Made by a program: the position numbers and the translations under genes. From positions 1 to 64,000 of the IMG/VR virus record IMGVR_UViG_3300023174_000042: DNA of 64,000 nt, one strand, 5' to 3'. This document shows, one piece after another, positions 18,306-27,437 of this stretch. How positions within the stretch are numbered: the first letter of the stretch is position 1; each line of letters starts with the position of its first letter. Under the pieces are notes generated by a model. That model searched no databases, was not told the DNA's origin, and saw nothing but the letters and a program-made list of their open reading frames with translations.

Positions 18306-19506
18306 ATTTTTTTTCCATAATTTGTTGGTGAAGATCCCAATTCTGTATTGATTCTGTCATTTCTTTATCATCTTCAGCCATATCATATAACTTGACAATT
18401 TTTTTAATCATTTTATTTGCAACATAATTAAATTTTTCAAATTCATCTTCAAAAAATTTAGTTGGGTTTTTTTGGTATTTAGTAGTTTGGTTTAAAAATT
18501 TTTGTCTAACTTCATTGGTTTTACCCAACTTTTCAACTTCCCCTTGTAATTCATTTGGTAATAACCCAATTTGAGCACCAAATTTTAACATATCATCCAT
18601 TCCGTGTTCAGTCATTCTAAAAAACATTTCCAGTCTGTTATTTACTAAATCAATATAAACAATTTCTAAAACTTTGTCAATTTTTTCTTTAATTGTCATA
18701 TCAGAAGGGTCTTCACCAATATGTTCTATAAGTTTGTCCATTCTTTCTTCTTGTTCTTTTAGATTTGAAATAAAATCTTCAAAAGTAAAATTTCTTATTT
18801 CTAATAATTCTTTATAAACTCTGTTATTTTCAATAAAGTCCTTGAATTGTGATTTAGTTATTTTTTTTCTTTTCAAAGAATATGCAACTTCAGTTGGTCT
18901 AACCAAATTTTCAATTCCATGAATAAAATACATATACCTGTAAAAGACGTTATCAATAACAGGTATTGCAAAAGTTCCTCTTTGTTGTGTTGCTTGATAT
19001 TTGGCGTCAGGTCCAACTTTACTAAATATATTAACTTGTTTATCGTATTTATGTTTTAATTCATGAGCCAAAGATGCTACTTGTTCGTCTCGTTCTTCTT
19101 CTAATTTTTCATATAATTGATGAGGTTCCCAATTTTCACCAACAGCAAAAGTTATTGTTAAATCTAAAGTGCCTGATGGTTCTATTTCTTTTAAAAATTT
19201 ATCTCGATTAAACGCAAATCTTCCACCCATAGCCATCGACGTTATATCTAAAACACCTTCTTCATTAGAAATTTCTTCTGTAACAATTTTTAAAGTATAA
19301 GAATTTAAAAAAACTTTTTTATTGTCTCCTATTACAAAAATAAATCTACCATCAAAATTATACTCGTCTTCTTTTGTTTTAATTGATTTTAATTTTTTTA
19401 AAACAAGGTCATATAATTTATCAGCAGCATTTAAGATGTTATCTGGAACTCCTAAAGCTTCAGTAATTAGTTTTAATTGATTTTTGGTGATGATAATATT
19501 TCCCAT
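18256..19506 (-). CDS. late-class protein with HExxH putative zinc-metallopeptidase motif
   Basis: LAHELKHKYD; leader MGNIIITKNQLKLITE; TATTTATT 3 nt before ATG. Confidence 0.55.
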   Translation of the reverse strand: MGNIIITKNQLKLITEALGVPDNILNAADKLYDLVLKKLKSIKTKEDEYNFDGRFIFVIGDNKKVFLNSYTLKIVTEEISNEEGVLDITSMAMGGRFAFNRDKFLKEIEPSGTLDLTITFAVGENWEPHQLYEKLEEERDEQVASLAHELKHKYDKQVNIFSKVGPDAKYQATQQRGTFAIPVIDNVFYRYMYFIHGIENLVRPTEVAYSLKRKKITKSQFKDFIENNRVYKELLEIRNFTFEDFISNLKEQEERMDKLIEHIGEDPSDMTIKEKIDKVLEIVYIDLVNNRLEMFFRMTEHGMDDMLKFGAQIGLLPNELQGEVEKLGKTNEVRQKFLNQTTKYQKNPTKFFEDEFEKFNYVANKMIKKIVKLYDMAEDDKEMTESIQNWDLHQQIMEKKYGKRKIETKYKNWNFK

Positions 19507-19572
19507 ATTAATAAATATAACAAATAAAAAAACATAAACCTTAAACTACGTAAAAGGTTTAAATCATTTGTC

Positions 19573-19770
19573 TTAAATTATTATGACAGTTGTTGTTTGA
19601 ATAGGTATGTTTGTAACTGATGTTGCGGGCGGAGTTGCACCAACAACAGGTGGTTGGGGATTTCCTGTTACTTGTTCAGTTATCAAGTTCCATTCTTTAA
19701 TTTTTCTTGATTCGTGAAGATTTAAAATTCTATTTTTTTCCTCTTGACTTATTTGAAATCTTTTTTTTAT
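19573..19770 (-). pseudogene. leader-bearing 65-codon ORF with ATA in place of ATG (pseudogene or non-canonical start)
   Basis: ATA AAA AAA AGA TTT CAA: (I)KKRFQISQEEKNRILNLHE, paralogous to the N-terminus of 20008..20832; in-frame TAA two codons upstream. Confidence 0.5.
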
Positions 19771-19783
19771 TTTTTAAAAAAAA

Positions 19784-19993
19784 TTAGAATCTGTAAGATG
19801 TGTATTTTTCGATTGCCTTTTTTGTGTTTTCTCCAGCAATACCATCTTCAGTTAATCCAGCATTGAAACAAGAATTTAATTTTTTTTGAACTTGCATAAC
19901 TTGATCTGAAGTTTGTTCATTTAAAATTGAACTTTCGATTAAATTATTTTTTAATCTTTTATATTGGTCTTCGGTTAGTTTAATTTTACTCAT
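19784..19993 (-). CDS. small leader-bearing protein with peptidoglycan-binding-like motif
   Basis: VMQVQKKLN...LTEDGIAGENTKKAI matches the L..DGI.G..T..AI pattern. Confidence 0.6.
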   Translation of the reverse strand: MSKIKLTEDQYKRLKNNLIESSILNEQTSDQVMQVQKKLNSCFNAGLTEDGIAGENTKKAIEKYTSYRF

Positions 19994-20007
19994 GTTTATT
20001 TTTTTTA

Positions 20008-20832
20008 TTAAGCGATGAATGTTTGATATGCATCTTTAGTTATTGCTGGGCCAACTTCGGGTGTTGGTGCTCCTGTTGAAGTTCCTGCTGGTGTTGTTGT
20101 TTGTTGAGATGAACCAACAGTCTTACACTTAGATTCAATTTCTTTCATAATTGTATTAAAATCAAAGGTATATCTTGTTGATTTACTACCACCTTTTTTA
20201 GAAGTAGTTGTTTTTTTTACTTGATTTACTTGATTTACTTGATTTACTTGTTGTGTTTTTGGTGTTTTTGCCGCGACTTTTGCCAACTCTCTTGATTTTC
20301 TAACAGCAGTAAGTAATGGTTGATACACAAATTCGTTCCATTGTTCATCATCATCAAAATTTAGGTCTAAAAAATCAAACAATTTTCTACCTGGATGATT
20401 TTCAGCAAATCTTGTTGAAAGGGCACATAAATCAGGTATAGTTGGAATTGATTTAAGGGCTTTCTTAATTGCTTCTTCATTTGTGTTATATCCACCAACA
20501 CCTCCAGCATCCCATATTATTTTTACAAGTTTATCCAATACGTTTCCATTTAAAGTTTGTGGACCAACACCTTGAGCTTTACAAGCTTGGAAAATTTTTT
20601 TAACACCTTCGCTTGAACCATATGATTGACCCAATAATCCTAAAGAAGCTCCTATCACCGCTCCTGGAATACCATATAACTTGAATCCTAAAGCAGCACT
20701 TCCTACAACACCTGATGAAATTTGTTCGTTTAGATTGTTGTTATTTTTTTTCTCGTTTAAGAAAAATTCTTTATTATGAAGAGACAAAATTCTTTTTGAT
20801 TCTTCTTCTGTTAGTATAAAATTGTTTCTCAT
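20008..20832 (-). CDS. leader-bearing protein with glycine-zipper segment and annexin-like repeat
   Basis: GIPGAVIGASLGLLG; GGYNTNEEAIKKAL...DLCAL...GRKLFDFL. Confidence 0.5.
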   Translation of the reverse strand: MRNNFILTEEESKRILSLHNKEFFLNEKKNNNNLNEQISSGVVGSAALGFKLYGIPGAVIGASLGLLGQSYGSSEGVKKIFQACKAQGVGPQTLNGNVLDKLVKIIWDAGGVGGYNTNEEAIKKALKSIPTIPDLCALSTRFAENHPGRKLFDFLDLNFDDDEQWNEFVYQPLLTAVRKSRELAKVAAKTPKTQQVNQVNQVNQVKKTTTSKKGGSKSTRYTFDFNTIMKEIESKCKTVGSSQQTTTPAGTSTGAPTPEVGPAITKDAYQTFIA

Positions 20833-20866
20833 GAAATTATATTTTTAATATAAATACTATAAAAAT

Positions 20867-20898
20867 AAAAAAAGGTGAAGTAATCTCCACCTTTTTTT
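20867..20898. terminator. bidirectional-type intrinsic terminator
   Basis: AAAAAAAGGTG-N10-CACCTTTTTTT. Confidence 0.75.
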
Positions 20899-20958
20899 GG
20901 TCGACACCGAATGTGTCATCTTTCTCTCCACCACTTTGTTTTAAAGATAACAAAGAAA

Positions 20959-21393
20959 CTATTGTTTTACCATCCAAATTTTAACACTATTTTGTCCTGT
21001 AAAATAGTTTTTGAATTGACAATTTTCTATTAAACCTTGAATTAAATTGTAATCATAAATAGTTCCACTAATATGACCCCAAGGTGTGTTGTTTAATGTT
21101 AATGAATAACCAAAAACGTTTGGATATAAATTATATGTTGACTGAACACCATTAAAAGAATAAACAGTTTTTGAAACAAAAACAAGTGTGTCTGATCTTG
21201 TTTCTTGATTGAAACTTGTATTTAATATTTTTGTTATGACCCAAGTGGTGTTTTTTAAACTAATTGTTGAATCAACAGTGGTTGTGTCTGTGATAATAGG
21301 TTGTGGTGCCAATGGTTGTTGTGGTTTAATATCTTGTTTCACACAAGAAGTTATTGCCAAAATCAATAATAAAAGAAATGCCGCTTTTTTCAT
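20959..21393 (-). CDS. lipoprotein
   Basis: MKKAAFLLLLILAITSC lipobox. Confidence 0.75.
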   Translation of the reverse strand: MKKAAFLLLLILAITSCVKQDIKPQQPLAPQPIITDTTTVDSTISLKNTTWVITKILNTSFNQETRSDTLVFVSKTVYSFNGVQSTYNLYPNVFGYSLTLNNTPWGHISGTIYDYNLIQGLIENCQFKNYFTGQNSVKIWMVKQ

Positions 21394-21394
21394 G

Positions 21395-21670
21395 TTATAC
21401 TAATGTTTCAATTTTATTTCTAATTTGTTCACTTAAAGTAACCTCAACAACGTTTGTTAAAATTACCGAATCTTTTAAGATTTTGAAAGGGATATGAACC
21501 AAAAAAGTGTTTCCATCATAATAAGATAGATCCTCATTAAGGTTCAAGGCCCCATCGACCATTTTTAAAAAGATTTTGAATTGCGTTGGATCAACAAACG
21601 ATTCGGTTAATAAATTTCCGAACTTTTCGTTCATTATTGTAATCTTGTGGTTGAATGTTGATTTAATCAT
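21395..21670 (-). CDS. hypothetical protein
   Basis: ORF track; TATATTTG at 21686-21693 upstream. Confidence 0.7.
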   Translation of the reverse strand: MIKSTFNHKITIMNEKFGNLLTESFVDPTQFKIFLKMVDGALNLNEDLSYYDGNTFLVHIPFKILKDSVILTNVVEVTLSEQIRNKIETLV

Positions 21671-21719
21671 TGTTGTTTATTTCTACAAATATAATAAAAA
21701 CTTTCAAATAAAAAAAGTT

Positions 21720-22133
21720 TTAGAAAATTTTATTTAAAATTTCCAAAAGTTCTTCATTACCTTTTTGTTTTGGTATTTCATCTTGTTTAAAATATTTACA
21801 AGACGTATGTTCCCAACCATCTTTTGCTTCTTTAAGATCTGGTTCAAGTTTTTTGTCAGAATCAAATAAAAAAACAAACATGTGTCCTTTTTTTGTTTTG
21901 TTTTTTTTATACTTGTTTAAAAAACCAACAAAATCTAAATTTTTATTTAGTTTTAAATTTGTTTCTTCATAAAACTCCCGTAATGCCGCAACTCCTGGTG
22001 ACTCACCACTTTCTATTTTTCCTGATGGAATGGACCAAATGTTTGGTAATGATTTGTCGGGTGCTCTTTTACAAAGTAATACTTCGTCTTTATGTTTTAA
22101 TATAACTCCAGACCATTTTTTAAATTCAATCAT
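21720..22133 (-). CDS. NUDIX hydrolase (start reassigned to MIEFKKW)
   Basis: Nudix box GKIESGESPGVAALREFYEETNL. Confidence 0.85.
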   Translation of the reverse strand: MIEFKKWSGVILKHKDEVLLCKRAPDKSLPNIWSIPSGKIESGESPGVAALREFYEETNLKLNKNLDFVGFLNKYKKNKTKKGHMFVFLFDSDKKLEPDLKEAKDGWEHTSCKYFKQDEIPKQKGNEELLEILNKIF

Positions 22134-22135
22134 AG

Positions 22136-22147
22136 TATTTATAAATA
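22136..22147. promoter_or_regulatory. palindromic bidirectional TATTTATAAATA element
   Basis: Perfect 12-bp palindrome spanning the 13-nt gap between divergent ATGs at 22133 (-) and 22147 (+). Confidence 0.6.
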
Positions 22148-22491
22148 TGAAGGTTAAAATTAATAATAATCTTTTCGATGTTAAATGTGTATTAACTTCC
22201 AAAGATACTCAAAAAGGTATGATGGGAAAAAAATTTGACAAATCTTTTGATGGTATGTTGTTTTTTATGAAAAACGAACCACATTCATTTTGGATGAAAA
22301 ATTGTGTAATTTCTTTGGATATAATTTTTATGGAAGACAATGTAATTTCTAAAATTCATCATAATTGTAAACCATGTTTTTCAGATACCTGTGAGCATTA
22401 TATGGGAGATGGCGATATGATTTTAGAATTACGTGGCGGTGATTGTAAAAAATATAAAATAGAAGAGGGTGATTTTGTTGAATTAATTTAA
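22147..22491 (+). CDS. DUF192 family protein (start reassigned to MKVKIN)
   Basis: KGMMG...GMLF...FWMKN...LDIIF...ILEL. Confidence 0.8.
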   Translation: MKVKINNNLFDVKCVLTSKDTQKGMMGKKFDKSFDGMLFFMKNEPHSFWMKNCVISLDIIFMEDNVISKIHHNCKPCFSDTCEHYMGDGDMILELRGGDCKKYKIEEGDFVELI

Positions 22492-23337
22492 ATCTTCAAT
22501 CTTTACCTTAGTTTTTTCATCTACAAAATGCTGGACTCTTTTTCTCGCGATTTCACAATAATTTTCTGATAGTTCAATTCCTAACCATCTGCGGTTCAAT
22601 ATTTCTGCGGCGACTAAAGTGGTCCCGCTACCAGCGAAAGGATCAAGAATTATATCGTTTTTGTAGGACAATATTTTAATTGCTTTGGTCGGTATGTCAA
22701 GCGAGAAAGTCGCTTTGGTGAGTGATTTAGTATCTGCAAAGTAATTCCACTGACCAAAAACAAGTTCCATGAATTCTTTTTTGTCAGATTCACTATAAAC
22801 CATTTTGTTTCTTTTAGTTCCATCCTCATTTTCAATTTCAGTTAATTCACCAGTCCATTCAGGTTGTCCTTTGACTTTTTTGATGTGTTTGTTTTTGTAT
22901 GCCAAAATTACACATTCCTTCGGGTTATAAATGTATGGCGAACTAGGACTCATCCAAGATCCCCAAGCTGTAGTTTTACTCCTATGTGGTGATTGTTCTT
23001 CAAGATCTACAATACCAAAAAACCCAAATCCAATTTCTTTCATGATTTGCCACATTTCAGAAACAAAGAAAATACGACCCCCTTTTTTTTGTCTGTTAAT
23101 TTCATAAGGTATGTTTAAAGCGATTCGTCCATCATCTTTTAACACTCTATACACCTCAGACAACCAAGACTTAGCAAATTCAATATATTGATCAAATTCA
23201 ACGTCATCTTGGTGAACATCGTAATCGATTCCAACTCCATAAGGAGGACTTGTCACAACTAAATCAACACACCCTTCAGGTAATGTTTTCATCACCTCAA
23301 TACAATCTCCGTTTATAATTTTATTTGTTTCTATCAT
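22483..23337 (-). CDS. orphan amino-DNA methyltransferase, beta class (N4-C or N6-A)
   Basis: INGDCIE, catalytic VTSPPY, SAM-binding [15 protein letters not shown]. Confidence 0.9.
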   Translation of the reverse strand: MIETNKIINGDCIEVMKTLPEGCVDLVVTSPPYGVGIDYDVHQDDVEFDQYIEFAKSWLSEVYRVLKDDGRIALNIPYEINRQKKGGRIFFVSEMWQIMKEIGFGFFGIVDLEEQSPHRSKTTAWGSWMSPSSPYIYNPKECVILAYKNKHIKKVKGQPEWTGELTEIENEDGTKRNKMVYSESDKKEFMELVFGQWNYFADTKSLTKATFSLDIPTKAIKILSYKNDIILDPFAGSGTTLVAAEILNRRWLGIELSENYCEIARKRVQHFVDEKTKVKIEDLN

Positions 23338-23340
23338 TTT

Positions 23341-23637
23341 TTAAATAATTGTTGTTAATAATTGTGCGACTTTATATCCTGTAAAGGCACCTGCGGCTGC
23401 TGATCCAGGAAGAACAATAAATTTTCCAAGTATTGTGTCGTATTTTTTTCTATTAACAATATAAGAAATTAAAATGTAATAGACAATATAGTTAATCAAA
23501 ACTAATAAGTCCAGTTCTTTTGAAGCAAAAACAACGATAGAGTTTCCTAAAAATCCCCATGTAAAATTAATCAAAGTTTCACGAATTAATTCATTTGGTG
23601 TGGTTAGTGCGTCTAAAACACTAATTTCCTTGTTCAT
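23341..23637 (-). CDS. small membrane protein (start reassigned to MNKEIS)
   Basis: Hydrophobic segments; ATG overlaps the DUF3310 stop region. Confidence 0.6.
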   Translation of the reverse strand: MNKEISVLDALTTPNELIRETLINFTWGFLGNSIVVFASKELDLLVLINYIVYYILISYIVNRKKYDTILGKFIVLPGSAAAGAFTGYKVAQLLTTII

Positions 23638-23869
23638 TGTTGATTTTTTGTTTGAGTTGTTCGATGTGGTGTTCGAGATACCATTTTGCTTTGGATAAAT
23701 CTTCCAATTCTTTGTTTTTTCCTTTTTTTCCTGCACGACTTATATATTTTATTGTATTTCCTAAACTAAACCCTAGATCCCAAGCATCGATCACTTTAAT
23801 GGCTTCGTAAGTGTTATCTTCTCCGCCATAATGTTGTGGGTGATTTACTTGTTCTTTATTGTTTTCCAT
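23621..23869 (-). CDS. DUF3310 (SaV-like) protein
   Basis: VNHPQHY...LGNTIKYISRAGKK...EDL.KA.WYL. Confidence 0.85.
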   Translation of the reverse strand: MENNKEQVNHPQHYGGEDNTYEAIKVIDAWDLGFSLGNTIKYISRAGKKGKNKELEDLSKAKWYLEHHIEQLKQKINNEQGN

Positions 23870-25079
23870 TTAAATCAAATTTAATTTCTTCAGTTGGTAT
23901 ATTTGATCCTTTCATGGTTTCTGAATCTATCAAATAATCTTCATCATTTTGATATTCATTTAATAGTTCATTACTTGTTAATGTTCCATATTTTTTATCT
24001 AAATCATTTACATCAACTTTATAATTAATTTTATACTTCATTTCATTAATTGCTTCAGCATTTTTTAATGAAAGAACAATTTGATTTATAATTTTATAAG
24101 GGTCTGCGTTTGATCCTGGTCTTCTATCTTCTAAATAACCTGTCCAATCTTCTGCCGTAGATTGTGGAACTCTAATCGATGCCCCTCTATCTGATACACC
24201 CCAACTAAACTTATCAATAGATTGTGTTTCAAATTGTCCTGTTAGTCTTAAATCGTTTTGTGATCCATAATTTTTAATATGTTCATAATGTCTTGATTCA
24301 AAACTTGAAAATAAAGATTTAAAGTATTCTTCTCTTTCAGTAAAACTTGTATTGTTTTTTTGGTTTCTCATTAAATCGGTTGAAAAGTTTGTGTGAAGTC
24401 CTGATCCGTTCCACTCTCCGTGTGTGATTGGTTTGGGGTGTAATTCAATGTGATATCCATATTTTTCTGAAGTTTTTAATAGAAAATATCTTGTCATCCA
24501 AAGATCATCTCCTGCTTGTAATTTACCTTGTGAAAATACTTGATACTCCCACTGACCTAAAGCAACTTCTGCGTTTATACCTGTAATGTTGATTCCGTAA
24601 TCTAAACACATATTCAAATGTTCATCAACAAAGTCACGACCAATTACGTTATGTCCAACCCCACAATAATATTCACCCTGACCTTTTAAAATATTTCTTT
24701 TATGACCTAAAATGTTTCCATTAACTTCTTCTCGAATAAAATATTCTTGTTCAAAACCAAACCAAAGATCTTCATATCCTTCAGCGACTTTAGCTCTTTT
24801 ATTAGATTCGTGTGGTGTTCCATCAGGATTTAAAACTTCGCATAAGACATAAATTGTTGATTGCATATTTCTAATATAATGTCTTACTGGTTTTAACATT
24901 CGATCTGAATTTCCTGTTTCTGCTTGCGATGTAGATGAACCATCGAAGTTCCAAGTTGGAAAATTGCCATCTAAAAAAGCGGTAGCTACTGAATCATAAT
25001 CAACAACTTTAACTTTGCTTCTTAAATTTGGTTCTGGTTTATATCCATCTAACCATACATACTCTAATATAATTTTCAT
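23856..25079 (-). CDS. glnII: glutamine synthetase type II with C-terminal extension
   Basis: EYVWLDG, FDGSST, GFEQEY, EVALGQWEYQ, WNGSGLHTNFST, RLTGQFET, RGASIRVP, YLEDRRP. Confidence 0.9.
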   Translation of the reverse strand: MKIILEYVWLDGYKPEPNLRSKVKVVDYDSVATAFLDGNFPTWNFDGSSTSQAETGNSDRMLKPVRHYIRNMQSTIYVLCEVLNPDGTPHESNKRAKVAEGYEDLWFGFEQEYFIREEVNGNILGHKRNILKGQGEYYCGVGHNVIGRDFVDEHLNMCLDYGINITGINAEVALGQWEYQVFSQGKLQAGDDLWMTRYFLLKTSEKYGYHIELHPKPITHGEWNGSGLHTNFSTDLMRNQKNNTSFTEREEYFKSLFSSFESRHYEHIKNYGSQNDLRLTGQFETQSIDKFSWGVSDRGASIRVPQSTAEDWTGYLEDRRPGSNADPYKIINQIVLSLKNAEAINEMKYKINYKVDVNDLDKKYGTLTSNELLNEYQNDEDYLIDSETMKGSNIPTEEIKFDLNGKQ

Positions 25080-25084
25080 AACTT

Positions 25085-25849
25085 TTAATAATTTTCGTTT
25101 ATATTTTCAAATTTTTTTGTTTGTAAAATAAATCCAGCAATTCTTCTTTTAAACATTGGAAGTAATGTTTCTTTTATTGGAAACTCACCTGAACTTATCA
25201 TATGAAATACTGGAGTTGTTTTTTTATCTTCACTATTGAGAGTAGAAAAATTATTTATAATTTTTGGTAATGTCAAATCATTCAACTGATCTTCGTAAAT
25301 TAGTTTTATATTTGTCATCTCTTGTGGGTTATATTTTGTTTCTTTTTTAATTGCATATTCCCAAACATAATATTTTTTATCCTTGTCAATAAAATAAAAA
25401 AAACCTTTAGAATTTGTAATGTTTTTTTTATTTCTTTTGATTTTCATATCCAAAGAATCATAAACAATTGTCCATACAGATTTTGCAATATTAAAATACT
25501 CTAAAATTCTTGGTGCAGAATATTTGAGTATTTTTTGAAACTCTTCAGTTTCTTCTTTTGTCATGGTTGGGATGTCTTTAAATTTAAGATCCTTAACCAT
25601 TATTTCATCATCTATATTGTTTAATTTTTTATCGGTGTAAAGAATTTTATGGTCTCTCATAAGAGCTTGAACATTCATCAAGTGTAATGACAATTCAATA
25701 AATCCTGGATATAACTCTAAATTGTCAAGTTTTTCTCCCATCTTTTGAAAATAGGAAAGTAATTTGTATTCTTTATACTCTTGATCAATTGGTTTTTCAA
25801 ACATCCAATCAGTATTTAATAAAAATTCTATTTTTTTTCTTCTTGCCAT
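25085..25849 (-). CDS. hypothetical protein
   Basis: 254-aa ORF. Confidence 0.75.
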   Translation of the reverse strand: MARRKKIEFLLNTDWMFEKPIDQEYKEYKLLSYFQKMGEKLDNLELYPGFIELSLHLMNVQALMRDHKILYTDKKLNNIDDEIMVKDLKFKDIPTMTKEETEEFQKILKYSAPRILEYFNIAKSVWTIVYDSLDMKIKRNKKNITNSKGFFYFIDKDKKYYVWEYAIKKETKYNPQEMTNIKLIYEDQLNDLTLPKIINNFSTLNSEDKKTTPVFHMISSGEFPIKETLLPMFKRRIAGFILQTKKFENINENY

Positions 25850-25892
25850 CTCTGTGTTAAAAAGTAATACAAAAAGATGAACAAATAAATAT

Positions 25893-27095
25893 TTAACTTG
25901 ATCTCATTACAAAATACCAATCACCATTTACCTGTGTTTCAAACATTTCTCCATCATAAGAGTTTAGTAAATGACCATAACCATCACTATTTACGACAAT
26001 ATCTGTAACCTCATCTAAATCAACAAAATCCATTATGAAATTTTTTTCATAACCGTAGTTTTTAATAAAATCATCTATGTCATCAACATATTCATTGACT
26101 CTATCGGCAACTTCTTGTTCAATCATATCTTCATCATAACCACCTTGTGGATCTTCTTTGATTTCTTCTATTGTTTCTTCTAACGTTTCTATTTTTTTTT
26201 CAATGTTTTCGTATTCTTCGTCAGACAATTCTTGATTTTTTAGTTTATTATTTAAGTTTTCTATAGTTTTTGTTAATTGATCCACTTGATGTTGTTGATT
26301 TACAGATAGTTGAAGTGGTATATCATAACTTTCGGGATCGTCTCTAATAATATCTTCATAAAAACTTTCTAACCAACTATTCCACTGTTCTCTATCAATT
26401 GCTTGATCCCACACCCAACTCATAAATGCCTCATAACCTAAGTCATCTACTATACTTTCAACATATTCTCTAGCGGCACTATCTAACTCATCTTGAGTAT
26501 AAACATCATATGTGTCTGGTTGTAAAGTATCATCACCTAACCATTCGTATTGTTTTCCACCGTAGTTTCCACGACCACTAGGATAAATAAAATACTTATC
26601 TTCTTCTATTTCTTCACCATTTTCATCTTCGTATAAAGTTGGGACTCCTTCTTCTACTAAAAATTCGTATAATGCTTCTGTTCTTTCAGATTCATCATCA
26701 CCGTTTTCAACATTCCATTCATCATCTTTTCTATATTCATCAAGTTCTGAAATTTTAGATTCTCGTTGTTTTTTTAGCTTTATTGTATTCATTGTTGATC
26801 CCCAATCACTAATGTATCGATCAACAGTAATACCATTAAGATGTGGGACGTTGGTTCCAGAAATATCTAATCTTCCCATAACTCTTACAATACCTGTAAG
26901 TGGTCCAACATTTTTGAAGTTTCTAAGATCTAAATCACCGTTAATTACAATACCTTTACCACGATATGGTTTAAGTTTTGAAATTCTTTCTGCTATTCCT
27001 CCAACATCTTCTAATGTTTCTAAATATTGTTCAGGAGTCAATGTTACAAGATTGTCATCTTGTTCCAACAAGAAATTTTTTATAAAATTTTTCAT
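25893..27095 (-). CDS. acidic late-class protein with short LRR-like N-terminal segment
   Basis: TATTTATA 4 nt before ATG; leader MKNFIKNFLLE; GDLDLR...GRLDISGT. Confidence 0.7.
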   Translation of the reverse strand: MKNFIKNFLLEQDDNLVTLTPEQYLETLEDVGGIAERISKLKPYRGKGIVINGDLDLRNFKNVGPLTGIVRVMGRLDISGTNVPHLNGITVDRYISDWGSTMNTIKLKKQRESKISELDEYRKDDEWNVENGDDESERTEALYEFLVEEGVPTLYEDENGEEIEEDKYFIYPSGRGNYGGKQYEWLGDDTLQPDTYDVYTQDELDSAAREYVESIVDDLGYEAFMSWVWDQAIDREQWNSWLESFYEDIIRDDPESYDIPLQLSVNQQHQVDQLTKTIENLNNKLKNQELSDEEYENIEKKIETLEETIEEIKEDPQGGYDEDMIEQEVADRVNEYVDDIDDFIKNYGYEKNFIMDFVDLDEVTDIVVNSDGYGHLLNSYDGEMFETQVNGDWYFVMRSS

Positions 27096-27200
27096 ATTTT
27101 ATAAATATAAGAAAAAAATATAATTGATTTTTATTTTTTTTAAGTTAAAGTTGTTTTACAAACTATTTATAAATAAATAAACTAATAAAAAACATTTAAC

Positions 27201-27356
27201 ATGGGGTGTGGATGCAAGCAAAAACAACAAGGACAACAAGGGCAACAGACTACTCAACAAGGTCAGCAAGCTCAACAAGGGTCAAACACCGCTCAAAATA
27301 ACTCTAATGTTCAAGAGTCGGTAAAAAAAATTATTAGCAAATATTATAGAAGATAA
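27201..27356 (+). CDS. 51-aa Q/G-rich protein starting MGCGC (not in ORF track)
   Basis: Manual translation; TATTTATAAATA at 27164-27175 upstream and terminator downstream. Confidence 0.75.
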   Translation: MGCGCKQKQQGQQGQQTTQQGQQAQQGSNTAQNNSNVQESVKKIISKYYRR

Positions 27357-27379
27357 TATTTCTAAATTATTAGAATTAT

Positions 27380-27408
27380 AGGTGTTCTTATTGGACACCT
27401 TTTTTTTT
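27380..27408 (+). terminator. intrinsic terminator
   Basis: AGGTGTTC-N5-GGACACCT followed by a T tract. Confidence 0.7.
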
Positions 27409-27437
27409 ATTTGATATTTATAAATTAAATCATTGAA

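Noticed and set aside
20220-20252. 9-bp tandem repeat (QVN x3)
   Set aside because: Simple in-frame low-complexity linker.
20899-20950. GACAC-AUUCG-GUGUC hairpin downstream of the lipoprotein gene
   Set aside because: A single short hairpin in a 3' UTR next to a terminator; not enough for an RNA call.
27201-27215. Eukaryotic myristoylation/palmitoylation signal in MGCGC
   Set aside because: All other evidence indicates a bacterial host, which lacks N-myristoyltransferase.
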